Shown: positions 40,116 through 48,593, counted from the first letter of the stretch. The stretch: 64,000 nt of DNA from Bacillota bacterium (GCA_023393065.1 JAEWMX010000007.1:13033-77032); one strand, 5' to 3'. Notes: generated by a model from the sequence alone, not told the origin. Numbers and translations: made by a program.

Positions 40116-40835
40116 CTATGACACCAAGTAGGTGATATCGTCTGAAAAAACGACATCGCGGTCGTTGCCAATTCGCGCGTTGCTAAGATATTCCATTATC
40201 GTTTGATCATATTCGAGGACAAACCAAATTTCACTATCTCCAGGATATATAGTATCGATGGCGATGGAAGCCTCTTTGCTCGGTGTTTGCGATATGGTCA
40301 CAAATGAATTTGAATCGTTATTGGCATAAGATAAAGATGATGAGGTCCAACTTTCGCCCAACGGCGAAGAAGGGCCAGAACTTAAAGTTATTTGGAAAGC
40401 ATTACTCGTGAAATTGTCATCGGTATCCCCTGAACCGGTCGTCCCCGTTGAAAAGGATGTGTTCTCTGTCGTGGCCGAGAAAGTAACGGATTCTTCCGCC
40501 TCATAGGAAAACTGAACATGGACGACGATGGCTGGCAAAAAAGTACTGTATTCTTGCCATTGCGGATCGTAGGTGTCAAGAGATGTGACAAGCTCGTTGG
40601 CAAAGGTGATGGAAGTCGTCTCGCCTTTAGTTAAAGTCGTTACTTCATAGCAGTCAAAGCCTGTCACGGCAAAGCCGAGAATCGTCACGCGAACGGAGTC
40701 CATTTGGACTTGACGAGCGTTGTTTCTGGCAAACCAGGCAAGTGTCGTATAGGTAAAGGCCCCAATCCCGATCATGGTGGTCGCTAGATTGGCATATACG
40801 AGGATTAAGGTTTTAAAGCGCTTAGTGATTTTCAT
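40116..40835 (-). CDS. secreted protein of unknown function with AWF-type N-terminal signal
   Basis: N-terminus MKITKRFKTLILVYANLATTMIGIGAFTYTTLAWFARN. S/T-rich beta-type composition. 11 nt upstream of the GLUG protein gene. Confidence 0.5.
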   Translation of the reverse strand: MKITKRFKTLILVYANLATTMIGIGAFTYTTLAWFARNNARQVQMDSVRVTILGFAVTGFDCYEVTTLTKGETTSITFANELVTSLDTYDPQWQEYSTFLPAIVVHVQFSYEAEESVTFSATTENTSFSTGTTGSGDTDDNFTSNAFQITLSSGPSSPLGESWTSSSLSYANNDSNSFVTISQTPSKEASIAIDTIYPGDSEIWFVLEYDQTIMEYLSNARIGNDRDVVFSDDITYLVS

Positions 40836-41231
40836 ATCGAGTCATGATTGTCTTACTGATAAGCCCTCTTTGCAAATGTAATGCTTTACATATGTAAAAA
40901 AGGAACTGATCTGCAAGCAGAAAGTCCCCCGATATTTTGTTGCCCACTTAATTTTAACTTATTACCGGAACTTTCGCCAATTGAATAGCGAATAGTCGAG
41001 TAAATGATCGCCTTTGAAATTTGCCAGCAAAAATTGAACAAAATAACATTATCGTGCTAATGCCGGTAATGTTATGTGCGCTACGAAGCAGTCGTTATTC
41101 GGCGAACGGGGCTGTTACATCGAATTACCAAAAGATACATAACCAAGTACCTCAATATAGTCGGTCGCTCATCTATTTCTAAATGAAGGCGTTAAAAGAC
41201 TATAAGCTTTTAAAGTATTTTAACTAATGTC

Positions 41232-42539
41232 TTAAACGATGTGATAAAGCAAATTATCAAGTTCGGTGATGTATTGCTGATATCCAGATGTATAATTGAC
41301 CTCAACTTGATCGTTATCGATAATATTTATCCAGGCAATTTCTAATTCCTTGCCTTGATTGTTAATGGATGCTTTCAATTCCATTCCTTCTTCGGTTGTC
41401 ATATTCATTAAAGCTGTTGAATATGCATCAAGCATATCGGATGGTAAATCCGCTGAGATGAGATTAATTTGCAGTTGCTTCTCCGCGGGATAGCCCGTCT
41501 CGGGATCGACGATATGATGGCGAAGAGCATAGCCATCATCGATAGGTATATTCACTCCCAGATAGCCTCCCGATGTCGAAAAGGAGTATTGACCGGTGCG
41601 ATTGATGTAAAAGGCGTAAGGCACATCCTCGGTTGGCCCTTCTAGTTGCCAGTGCCAGGGATTGCCGCTATATTTACTTCCGAGCGTCGAAATCGAGCTC
41701 GACCCGCCATAGATAAATCCGTGTTCCAGTTCATTTTCGTTTAATAAAGGAGCCAATACGTCATTGGCGTATCCTTTGGCGATGCCCGCTAGAGTAATCG
41801 ACAAATCCCCATGCGGAGCGCCCTTAAAACTATTGAAACGAACATAGTGATCGTCGCCGACCATTTTCAATTCCAAAGCATCATCTAATTCCTGCTGATT
41901 CATGGGTATGTAACTCGTTAAGCGCTCGAGCAAATCAGCCTGATCAGGATTATAGTAGGGATCGCGGTTTAAATAATCAGAACTATTTTCTAGAATGTCT
42001 TCCCAGAACCTGACGATTTCGCCGACAAAAATATTGAACTTAAAATCAGTGGCTATCATTAATTCAATACCTCTTTCTAAAAGAAAGTACAAATGGCTTG
42101 GTATTTGTAACCACTCCTCAGAACCATATGAATCGTTAACGACGAAAAGATTATTAATGATGGGCGAAGAGACATCGTTCTCGTCAAGGCGATACATGTA
42201 ATGGCAGTCGGCGACTTTATGAATGAATGGCACATTGTCCACGTAAATATCGCGCGCCATCTCGGCAAACGATTCGGGATACACTTTTTGATAGCGAATT
42301 TCGTATGATGTGTTGAAGAGGTTGCGAATATCGCCACCGCTCGTTTTGGCAAACACGTCGTAGCCGATTCGCTCAAAGGGAATGTCATCGGGATCAAATT
42401 CATGGCTGTCGGGTTTAAACAAAAAGATCGATGATACGAGCAAACCGCTTATAAGCAGCGTTGAAAGAAGAATTGTCCACTCGCGCGGATCAAGCAATTT
42501 CAAGAGAAAAGCTTTCAAGCTTGATAGTTTATTTTTCAT
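41232..42539 (-). CDS. apbE: FAD:protein FMN transferase (ApbE family), membrane-anchored with long N-terminal extension
   Basis: ITLAGIAKGYANDVL and GGSSSISTLG-type ApbE core motifs. N-terminal TM helix; 435 aa. Confidence 0.75.
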   Translation of the reverse strand: MKNKLSSLKAFLLKLLDPREWTILLSTLLISGLLVSSIFLFKPDSHEFDPDDIPFERIGYDVFAKTSGGDIRNLFNTSYEIRYQKVYPESFAEMARDIYVDNVPFIHKVADCHYMYRLDENDVSSPIINNLFVVNDSYGSEEWLQIPSHLYFLLERGIELMIATDFKFNIFVGEIVRFWEDILENSSDYLNRDPYYNPDQADLLERLTSYIPMNQQELDDALELKMVGDDHYVRFNSFKGAPHGDLSITLAGIAKGYANDVLAPLLNENELEHGFIYGGSSSISTLGSKYSGNPWHWQLEGPTEDVPYAFYINRTGQYSFSTSGGYLGVNIPIDDGYALRHHIVDPETGYPAEKQLQINLISADLPSDMLDAYSTALMNMTTEEGMELKASINNQGKELEIAWINIIDNDQVEVNYTSGYQQYITELDNLLYHIV

Positions 42540-43053
42540 ATTCGTTAAGCGCTGTCGTCAAGCGCACGCGGGTCACTACTTCACGGGCGATAAAGGCGAT
42601 TAAAAGTCCGCTCGCAATCCCGGTGAAAAAGAGAATCGGTAAATAATTTATTATGTAGATTGTTTGATACAAAATGGCGACCATGATGATTTGCCCGACT
42701 CCGTGCATGACGGCGGATGCCATCGATAGACCAAAAATCGACAGACGCCTCCAACAATAAAAGACAATGACGACGATTGTCGCCAGGGCCCAGCCTGCCA
42801 ATGCGATATAAAAATTTAGACCAAAGCCGGTGAATAACGCTGTTAAAATGACTCTTAGAAATCCGATGCTAACGTAATCTTTAAGACCAAAATAATATAA
42901 GACGATGAGTCCGATGGTGTTAGCTAATCCTAATTTAACTCCCGGGGCAATAAAGGCTAAGGGAAGCAAAACCGCCTCGCCATAGCTGATGACAACCCCA
43001 ATCGCTAGCAAAAAGGCTAGATGGGTGATTTTTTGAATTGACGCGTTAATCAC
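42529..43053 (-). CDS. Gx transporter family membrane protein (heptaprenyl diphosphate synthase component I-like)
   Basis: GTG start overlapping the upstream stop (GTGA). PGVKLGLANTIGLIVLYYFG and five TM helices, as in the Gx transporter family. Confidence 0.6.
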   Translation of the reverse strand: MINASIQKITHLAFLLAIGVVISYGEAVLLPLAFIAPGVKLGLANTIGLIVLYYFGLKDYVSIGFLRVILTALFTGFGLNFYIALAGWALATIVVIVFYCWRRLSIFGLSMASAVMHGVGQIIMVAILYQTIYIINYLPILFFTGIASGLLIAFIAREVVTRVRLTTALNEYEK

Positions 43054-43427
43054 AATCTCTCCTCAATGATGACCATAAAGTAGTTAGGAGCGCAAATAAT
43101 CGGCATTCCCGAATCGTCAACCCATCCTTGTATCGAACAATAATTATGCGGCGATGTCTCTTCGGCAATGCGGACTTTTCCGTTCGTTATTTCAAGCGTT
43201 ATATCATCTAATAAACGCGGATAATCATCTTTTTTGTAGACAATTGATTGATTTGCGTATATTTCATGCGTATCAATAAGATTAAATTCGTAGTAAACAT
43301 TAACGACCAAGTCGTCCGCGATGCGATTGAAAACATTCGTCACGACTAACAACAGGGAAGCAAAAATCATCAAAAAGCTAAAAACATATATATCAAATCG
43401 TGTCTTTTTTAGCAGTAATTTATTCAT
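43050..43427 (-). CDS. NusG domain II-containing membrane protein (DUF1312-like)
   Basis: N-terminal TM helix. C-terminal ITNGKVRIAEETSPHNYCSIQGWVDDSGMPIICAPNYFMVIIE matches the NusG_II pattern (C...GW...I.C.PN...I.I). Confidence 0.6.
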   Translation of the reverse strand: MNKLLLKKTRFDIYVFSFLMIFASLLLVVTNVFNRIADDLVVNVYYEFNLIDTHEIYANQSIVYKKDDYPRLLDDITLEITNGKVRIAEETSPHNYCSIQGWVDDSGMPIICAPNYFMVIIEERL

Positions 43428-43467
43428 ACATCTTTTTATAAAAAGAACCTTGCTATCAGGTCCTTAA

Positions 43468-43791
43468 TTATACTTCTATTTTACTAACCTTCCCATCAGG
43501 ACCAGGCGTGGAATTAATGTAGTCGGCAATTTTCTGCTGCGTTTCCTTCTTCGACGGGCGGCAGGAGGAAACCTTCTTCTGGCGTCCATCAAGGAGAGCA
43601 GCGGCCATCGCCTCGCATCCCGGATGACCGCACAGCCCGCAATTGAGACCCGGTAACATTTTGGTCACGGCCGCAAGTCGCTCATCGGTTTTCACCGCTA
43701 ATTTTTTATCGGCAAAAGCGAGGGCTAAGCCCAATAAGCCACCTAGGCAGATCATAATGCCGGCGGCGATTAAAATATCGGTCCACTCCAT
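43468..43791 (-). CDS. rnfB: RnfB-like Fe-S protein consisting only of the TM helix and N-terminal Fe-S domain (no ferredoxin domains)
   Basis: TM helix plus LPGLNCGLCGHPGCEAMAAALLDG...C (C-x2-C-x4-C-x16-C). No CxxCxxCxxxCP motif anywhere in the 107 aa. Confidence 0.65.
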   Translation of the reverse strand: MEWTDILIAAGIMICLGGLLGLALAFADKKLAVKTDERLAAVTKMLPGLNCGLCGHPGCEAMAAALLDGRQKKVSSCRPSKKETQQKIADYINSTPGPDGKVSKIEV

Positions 43792-43796
43792 AATCG

Positions 43797-43997
43797 CTAA
43801 TCCCCCTTATCCTGATCGTGATTTTGATTAAGGCGGCATGTGCTGATGGCGCATTGTGAACACTGTTCGGTTTTTTCCAAATCGCATCCCTCGGGTCGAG
43901 GAACCTTTTTATTCAGCAAATAACCAAGAATAAAAAGACCGACTAGCATAGCTAGCACCGCAATCGCTAATAATGTTTTGATTAACAGTTCTGGCAT
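43797..43997 (-). CDS. small Cys-rich membrane protein (66 aa) embedded in the rnf operon
   Basis: One TM helix, then GCDLEKTEQCSQCAISTC (C-x7-C-x2-C-x4-C). Starts immediately after the rnfA stop. GGGGGA RBS for the next gene lies within its 3' end. Confidence 0.5.
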   Translation of the reverse strand: MPELLIKTLLAIAVLAMLVGLFILGYLLNKKVPRPEGCDLEKTEQCSQCAISTCRLNQNHDQDKGD

Positions 43998-44573
43998 TTA
44001 CACTAATCCTTGAAAGCCGAAGAAAGCCATGGTCATAAGGGCGGTTATGATCAAAGCGATGGCGACTCCTTTAAAAGCTTGAGGGACGCGGTTAAGGGAA
44101 TCAACCCTTTCGCGTATGACGGAAAAGAGGATTAAGACAAGAAGAAAGCCAGCCGATACCGACAAGGAATAGACGATTGTCTGAAGCAATGAATAATTGT
44201 TGGCGACATTTTCAAGAGCGATGGCTAAAACGATACAGTTTGTCGTGATTAACGGTAAATAAATACCTAACGACCGGTATAGAGAGGGGATCACTTTTTT
44301 TAAAAACATTTCGACGAACTGCACAAACGAGGCAATGATTAAAATAAAGCTCACGAGCGATAAAAATTCTAAGCCGAGCGGTTTTAACACCAGATGGTAT
44401 AAACCATACGATAATAAGGAAGAGAAAAAGACGACAAACATCGTGGCTAACCCTAATCCGATGGCATTGCTAATTTTCTTTGATACACCCAAAAAGGGAC
44501 AAGTACCTAAAAAACGGACTAAGACGACATTAGATACCAACATTGCCGAGATGATTAATGTAACAATGCCCAT
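43998..44573 (-). CDS. rnfA: Rnf electron transport complex subunit A
   Basis: SNVVLVRFLGTCPFLGVS and GIYLPLITTNCIVLAIA; 191 aa. Confidence 0.88.
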   Translation of the reverse strand: MGIVTLIISAMLVSNVVLVRFLGTCPFLGVSKKISNAIGLGLATMFVVFFSSLLSYGLYHLVLKPLGLEFLSLVSFILIIASFVQFVEMFLKKVIPSLYRSLGIYLPLITTNCIVLAIALENVANNYSLLQTIVYSLSVSAGFLLVLILFSVIRERVDSLNRVPQAFKGVAIALIITALMTMAFFGFQGLV

Positions 44574-44578
44574 AATTT

Positions 44579-45256
44579 CTATCCTTGCTCGCCTTTCGCG
44601 ATTAAGGCTTCTTTCCGGCGTTTTTTGCGGGAAGAAATAACCATGCCTAAGCCGTTGATAGCCGCCAGCAATAATCCGAGGATTAAAAATGCACCGGTAT
44701 TGCTAACCATGAGCGATATCGCATAACGAGCGTCAAAAATCGTCCAGCTGAAGACGGTCGCATTAGTAAAAGGATTGACGAAAGTCAGCGATCCCGTTCC
44801 GAGAATTTCTCTTAGCAGGGATAGCACAATGATTGAAATTAGATAGCCAAAGCCCGTCCCCACTCCATCAATGAGAGAGTCGAGGGGTTTATTTTTGCTA
44901 GCAAACACTTCGGCCCGGGCCATGATGATGCAATTAACGACGATAAGCTGTAAATAGACGCCTAATGTGATCGTCAGCTGTGGGGTGAAAGCTTTCATGA
45001 GCATTTCCACGATGGTCACCGTCGAAGCGATGATGATAATGTAAACCGGAATGCGAATCTCCGGAGGAATGATTTTTCTTAGAAGGGAAATGATGAGATT
45101 GGTCATCATCAGGACGATCATCACCGCCAGTCCCATCCCCACAGCTGAAGAAAGGGTGCTCGAAGTGGCGAGGATTGAGCATAACCCTAAGAGCAAGACA
45201 AAGGTCGAGTTATTGCTAAAGGCGCTGCTAATGAAAATATTGAGTTTATGTTTCAT
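44579..45256 (-). CDS. rnfE: Rnf electron transport complex subunit E
   Basis: NNSTFVLLLGLCSILATS and LQLIVVNCIIMARAE. ATG 45256 overlaps the rnfG stop (TAATG); the track start 45304 is unlikely. Confidence 0.85.
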   Translation of the reverse strand: MKHKLNIFISSAFSNNSTFVLLLGLCSILATSSTLSSAVGMGLAVMIVLMMTNLIISLLRKIIPPEIRIPVYIIIIASTVTIVEMLMKAFTPQLTITLGVYLQLIVVNCIIMARAEVFASKNKPLDSLIDGVGTGFGYLISIIVLSLLREILGTGSLTFVNPFTNATVFSWTIFDARYAISLMVSNTGAFLILGLLLAAINGLGMVISSRKKRRKEALIAKGEQG

Positions 45257-45864
45257 TAAGAAGCATCCTCCAGCAAAGACATGTAATGACTGGCCGCCGC
45301 CCATAGCGCCGGAACGAGATTTCGTTCGGTATTCGTCACGCTTAGCGAATTGTCGGCTTTATATTGGTTAAGCGCGGTTAAAAAGGCTGTTTCATCGTCA
45401 GCCGCTATACCGGTGATCACATCATCTAAATCATCTAAATACACACCGCCATAAGTGGACGTCTCTTGATTGGACACATTATTATAGCCGGCAAAAATCC
45501 CGTCTCTGAAGCCGACTTGGAAAACGATAGGGTTACTCGGATTTCTGTTATGACCGAAAACCGAGCCGTTATAGACGATGCCAAAGAGCGAATCATCGCT
45601 TTTATTTTCGTACATGACATAATCGATGATGCCTTTTTCGCTTAATGCCGCTTCAGCGACAATCGTACCTGATTGAGGAACGCGATTAAGGGTCAAGAAT
45701 TTGCTCTCATCAATCTCAAGAAGATTGAGATATCCGGCATCAAGCGCCATTTGTTCGCGTCTTGTAATAATCGGCAAAGTAAAATAATTTACGGTCGCCA
45801 AAGTCGCTCCGGCAATCAGGGCAACCGTCGCTAAGAAAATTGGTAATTTGACAAATTTAGTCAT
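45256..45864 (-). CDS. rnfG: Rnf electron transport complex subunit G (FMN-binding domain, atypical motif)
   Basis: N-terminal TM helix and an FMN_bind-like core (NQETSTYGG in place of ETPGLG). Position in the operon between rnfD and rnfE. Confidence 0.7.
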   Translation of the reverse strand: MTKFVKLPIFLATVALIAGATLATVNYFTLPIITRREQMALDAGYLNLLEIDESKFLTLNRVPQSGTIVAEAALSEKGIIDYVMYENKSDDSLFGIVYNGSVFGHNRNPSNPIVFQVGFRDGIFAGYNNVSNQETSTYGGVYLDDLDDVITGIAADDETAFLTALNQYKADNSLSVTNTERNLVPALWAAASHYMSLLEDAS

Positions 45865-47072
45865 TTAATTGCCTCGACAACATAATACATTTGCGGCTCT
45901 TCTGCTGGCGCTTCATAAGGTAGACTTAGGACCAACTGAGATTCTTCAGGTTCAGGATTATGATCTTGCGAATTGTAGTATGCCAGACCTCCGTTTAAGG
46001 CTAATGACAAAAGTAAAACCGATAAGATAACCGACCATTTTTTAAAGTTGCCATTATTCGTCATCCCCGTGGCGAATCGGTCGATTAACGGCGATAGCAA
46101 ATTAGCGATGGCGATGGCGAAAGTAACGCCTTCGGGATATCCTCCCTGAATTCTTATTAAAACCGTCATAAATCCGGCAATGACACCGATTAAAACTTTT
46201 CCGAACATCGATGTCGGGGAAGTGACCGGATCGGTAATCATGAAAACCGCGCCGTACATCAATCCTCCCAAAGCTAGATGGAGCAAGATATATGTCCCGG
46301 GATTAAGGCCCGTAATTAAAGCGACAACGAGGGCCGTCAAAGTAACTGTCAGTAAGTAGGCGACCATTGGTCGCCAGTTGCAGATTTTCCGCACAATCAT
46401 ATAAAGACCAAGGAGGAGGATAAGGCCCGTAAACGTCTCGCCAATCGCTCCCGAATAATTGCCTAACCATAACTGCCCCATGGTGACGTTGAGGGACGCT
46501 AGCGAGTCGCTGACCCACTTGACTCCGAGGCTTGAAAAAGAGGTTGTGACCGTCACTCCGACATCCGTCAGTGAAGAGACGTTTCCCGGAACAGCGCCAA
46601 TAAAGGCCTTTAACTGCGAGCCAAAAGCAAAAGTGACAAAGATGCGCCCAAAGACGGCCGGATTAAAGATGTTGGCACCAAAACCGCCAAACGCATATTT
46701 GACGATTAAAGTGGCAAATATGCTGCCGATGATAATCACATAATAGGGCGTCCCAATCGGTAATGATAAGGCAAATATCAAAGACGTTACAAGACTGTAA
46801 TTTTCCTTAACCTTTTTAAATAAATAAGGACCGAATGGCTGTTCCTTATCGCGATAAGTAATCGCGCCCACTAAAACATCGCAAATCAGCGTTGTCACGA
46901 TCGCCACAACAACCATCAAGATGGATTTTAACCCATAACTGGGGGCAATCGCAAAATTATAGACGATTGCGGCCATCCACAACAAACCGAGCAAAGCGCT
47001 CAGTTCATACATGATGCCGGTCGTTGATCGCTTGCGACGGGTAAAAGGCGGCGTTTGAATAATAAATTTCAT
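45861..47072 (-). CDS. rnfD: Rnf electron transport complex subunit D (with C-terminal extension)
   Basis: FNPAVFGR, YSGAIGETF, FMITDPVTSP motifs. 403 aa, with an extra C-terminal TM helix and an acidic tail. Confidence 0.85.
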   Translation of the reverse strand: MKFIIQTPPFTRRKRSTTGIMYELSALLGLLWMAAIVYNFAIAPSYGLKSILMVVVAIVTTLICDVLVGAITYRDKEQPFGPYLFKKVKENYSLVTSLIFALSLPIGTPYYVIIIGSIFATLIVKYAFGGFGANIFNPAVFGRIFVTFAFGSQLKAFIGAVPGNVSSLTDVGVTVTTSFSSLGVKWVSDSLASLNVTMGQLWLGNYSGAIGETFTGLILLLGLYMIVRKICNWRPMVAYLLTVTLTALVVALITGLNPGTYILLHLALGGLMYGAVFMITDPVTSPTSMFGKVLIGVIAGFMTVLIRIQGGYPEGVTFAIAIANLLSPLIDRFATGMTNNGNFKKWSVILSVLLLSLALNGGLAYYNSQDHNPEPEESQLVLSLPYEAPAEEPQMYYVVEAIK

Positions 47073-48400
47073 TTGGCCTCTCCTCTTTTAGCGATTTCGC
47101 GCTTAGCGTTTTGCAAGCGCACTCTCATTTTGGCGCGAATGACAGTGTCTGCCACTTCGATAAATGACGGGCACACATAGGAACAGATTCCGCATTCGAC
47201 ACAGCGATTCACATTTAATTTTATTAAACGATCGGTATTGTTACTATCAAGAGCCAGTTTGATTTCAATCGGATGAATTCCGGCCGGACACGCCGCGGTG
47301 CAAGCACCGCATCTTAAACACGGCACCTGATGATAAGCGACGGGTCTAATCGCCGTATATCCATTCATTGACGCCTGAAGGACATATGAATCGTCGCTTA
47401 CGGATCGCGAAGTCATCGGTCCGCCGGTAAAAGCCACGACTTCATCAGTGGTATATCCGCCAACTTCTTCGACGATTTGAGAAATTGGAGTGCCAATCGG
47501 AGCTTGAACATTAATAGCTTGTTTAACGGCGTTTCCGGATACCGTAATCGTGCGATGAGTGAGCGGTTCACCTTTGATTAAGGCCCGCGCTGTCGCCATC
47601 GCCGTCGCGACATTGTTGACGATGACGTGGGCTTCTTTGGGAAATTCGTCATATGTTCGATGAAGAATTCGTTTGACCAACGCCCTTTCCCAGCCCATGG
47701 GATATATGTCTTGGACCAATTTGATAATCACGTGCGGAAAATCGTCTAAGTGTTTTTTAAGAACTTCAACAAGAGCCGTTTTATTCTTTTTAAGGACGAT
47801 GATGGCGGTATCCGCTTTAGCGGCTAATCGCAGTAATTCGCTGCCTTTAATAACATCAAGAGCGTGATGTTGGAGCAGTTTGTAGTCGGTGGATAAATAT
47901 GGTTCGCATTCCACTCCGTTAATAATGACGGTATCGATATCATTGCTATTTTCATATTTAAAATACGCGGGAAATCCCGCTCCGCCCAAACCGACGATTC
48001 CGGCTTCTTTAATGGCTGCGATAATATCCTTGGAATCGCTATCAAAAGAAAGGGTTTTAAGGGGTTCGTCTCTTGTTTTTTTAAAATCGTTAACGATTTC
48101 TAAATGCTCGGTGGCTCTTCCCACAAGCGGATTATATTTGCTCACTCGGCCTTTAACGACACCTGATATCGAAGAGAAAATTGGTACATATAGATCTTTC
48201 CTTCGACCAATTAATGTTCCGACCGATACGCAATCTCCTTCTTTGACAAAGAAGTCGATTCCCGCGCCGTTAGGACTCACAACAGGAATAAATATTGAGG
48301 CAATCTTATTCTCGTCCATTGTTAAAACGTCGGCTTCTGCAGCCTGCGATTTTTGATCTTTCAATCGAATTGGAGCAAAACTTCTAAATACGTTTATCAT
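47069..48400 (-). CDS. rnfC: Rnf electron transport complex subunit C
   Basis: GLGGAGFPAYFKY and two ferredoxin motifs, CLRCGACTAACPAG and CVECGICSYVCPSF. No obvious SD before ATG 48400, so the start is somewhat uncertain. Confidence 0.88.
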   Translation of the reverse strand: MINVFRSFAPIRLKDQKSQAAEADVLTMDENKIASIFIPVVSPNGAGIDFFVKEGDCVSVGTLIGRRKDLYVPIFSSISGVVKGRVSKYNPLVGRATEHLEIVNDFKKTRDEPLKTLSFDSDSKDIIAAIKEAGIVGLGGAGFPAYFKYENSNDIDTVIINGVECEPYLSTDYKLLQHHALDVIKGSELLRLAAKADTAIIVLKKNKTALVEVLKKHLDDFPHVIIKLVQDIYPMGWERALVKRILHRTYDEFPKEAHVIVNNVATAMATARALIKGEPLTHRTITVSGNAVKQAINVQAPIGTPISQIVEEVGGYTTDEVVAFTGGPMTSRSVSDDSYVLQASMNGYTAIRPVAYHQVPCLRCGACTAACPAGIHPIEIKLALDSNNTDRLIKLNVNRCVECGICSYVCPSFIEVADTVIRAKMRVRLQNAKREIAKRGEAK

Positions 48401-48566
48401 GAAATTTTATATATATAAGTATACAAAAGCATTGGTTCCTAAACAATGTTATTTGCGATAATGAAACCGTTTTTATCTCCCACTAATAAACAGGTCTCTT
48501 CTCAAAGAAGTGTGAATAGAGACTATAGCGCGGACTGCTTCCTATTTATCGTTTGCCCATAAAAAA

Positions 48567-48590
48567 AGACCCAAAGGTCTCGATTTTTTT
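48567..48590 (-). terminator. intrinsic terminator after tRNA-Leu(CAG)
   Basis: Minus strand: AGACC-TTTG-GGTCT followed by seven T residues. An A-run on the other side makes it potentially bidirectional. Confidence 0.7.
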
Positions 48591-48593
48591 AAA

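Noticed and set aside
40836-41231. Possible RNase P RNA. The spacer is about 400 nt, the + strand has AGAAAGTCC (like CR-I GGAAAGUCC) and GTAAATGATCGCC (like CR-IV), and the minus strand has GGGCTTATC (like CR-V).
   Set aside because: The motif-like strings lie on different strands or in the wrong order and spacing. The CR-I-like and CR-IV-like strings are only about 85 nt apart, the invariant GG of CR-I is missing, and no convincing P4 pairing can be drawn.
43468-43997. The 66-aa and 107-aa ORFs as two halves of a frameshifted rnfB pseudogene.
   Set aside because: Each ORF has its own ATG and its own N-terminal TM helix. The second is preceded by a GGGGGA RBS. Joining them would not recreate the RnfB domain order.
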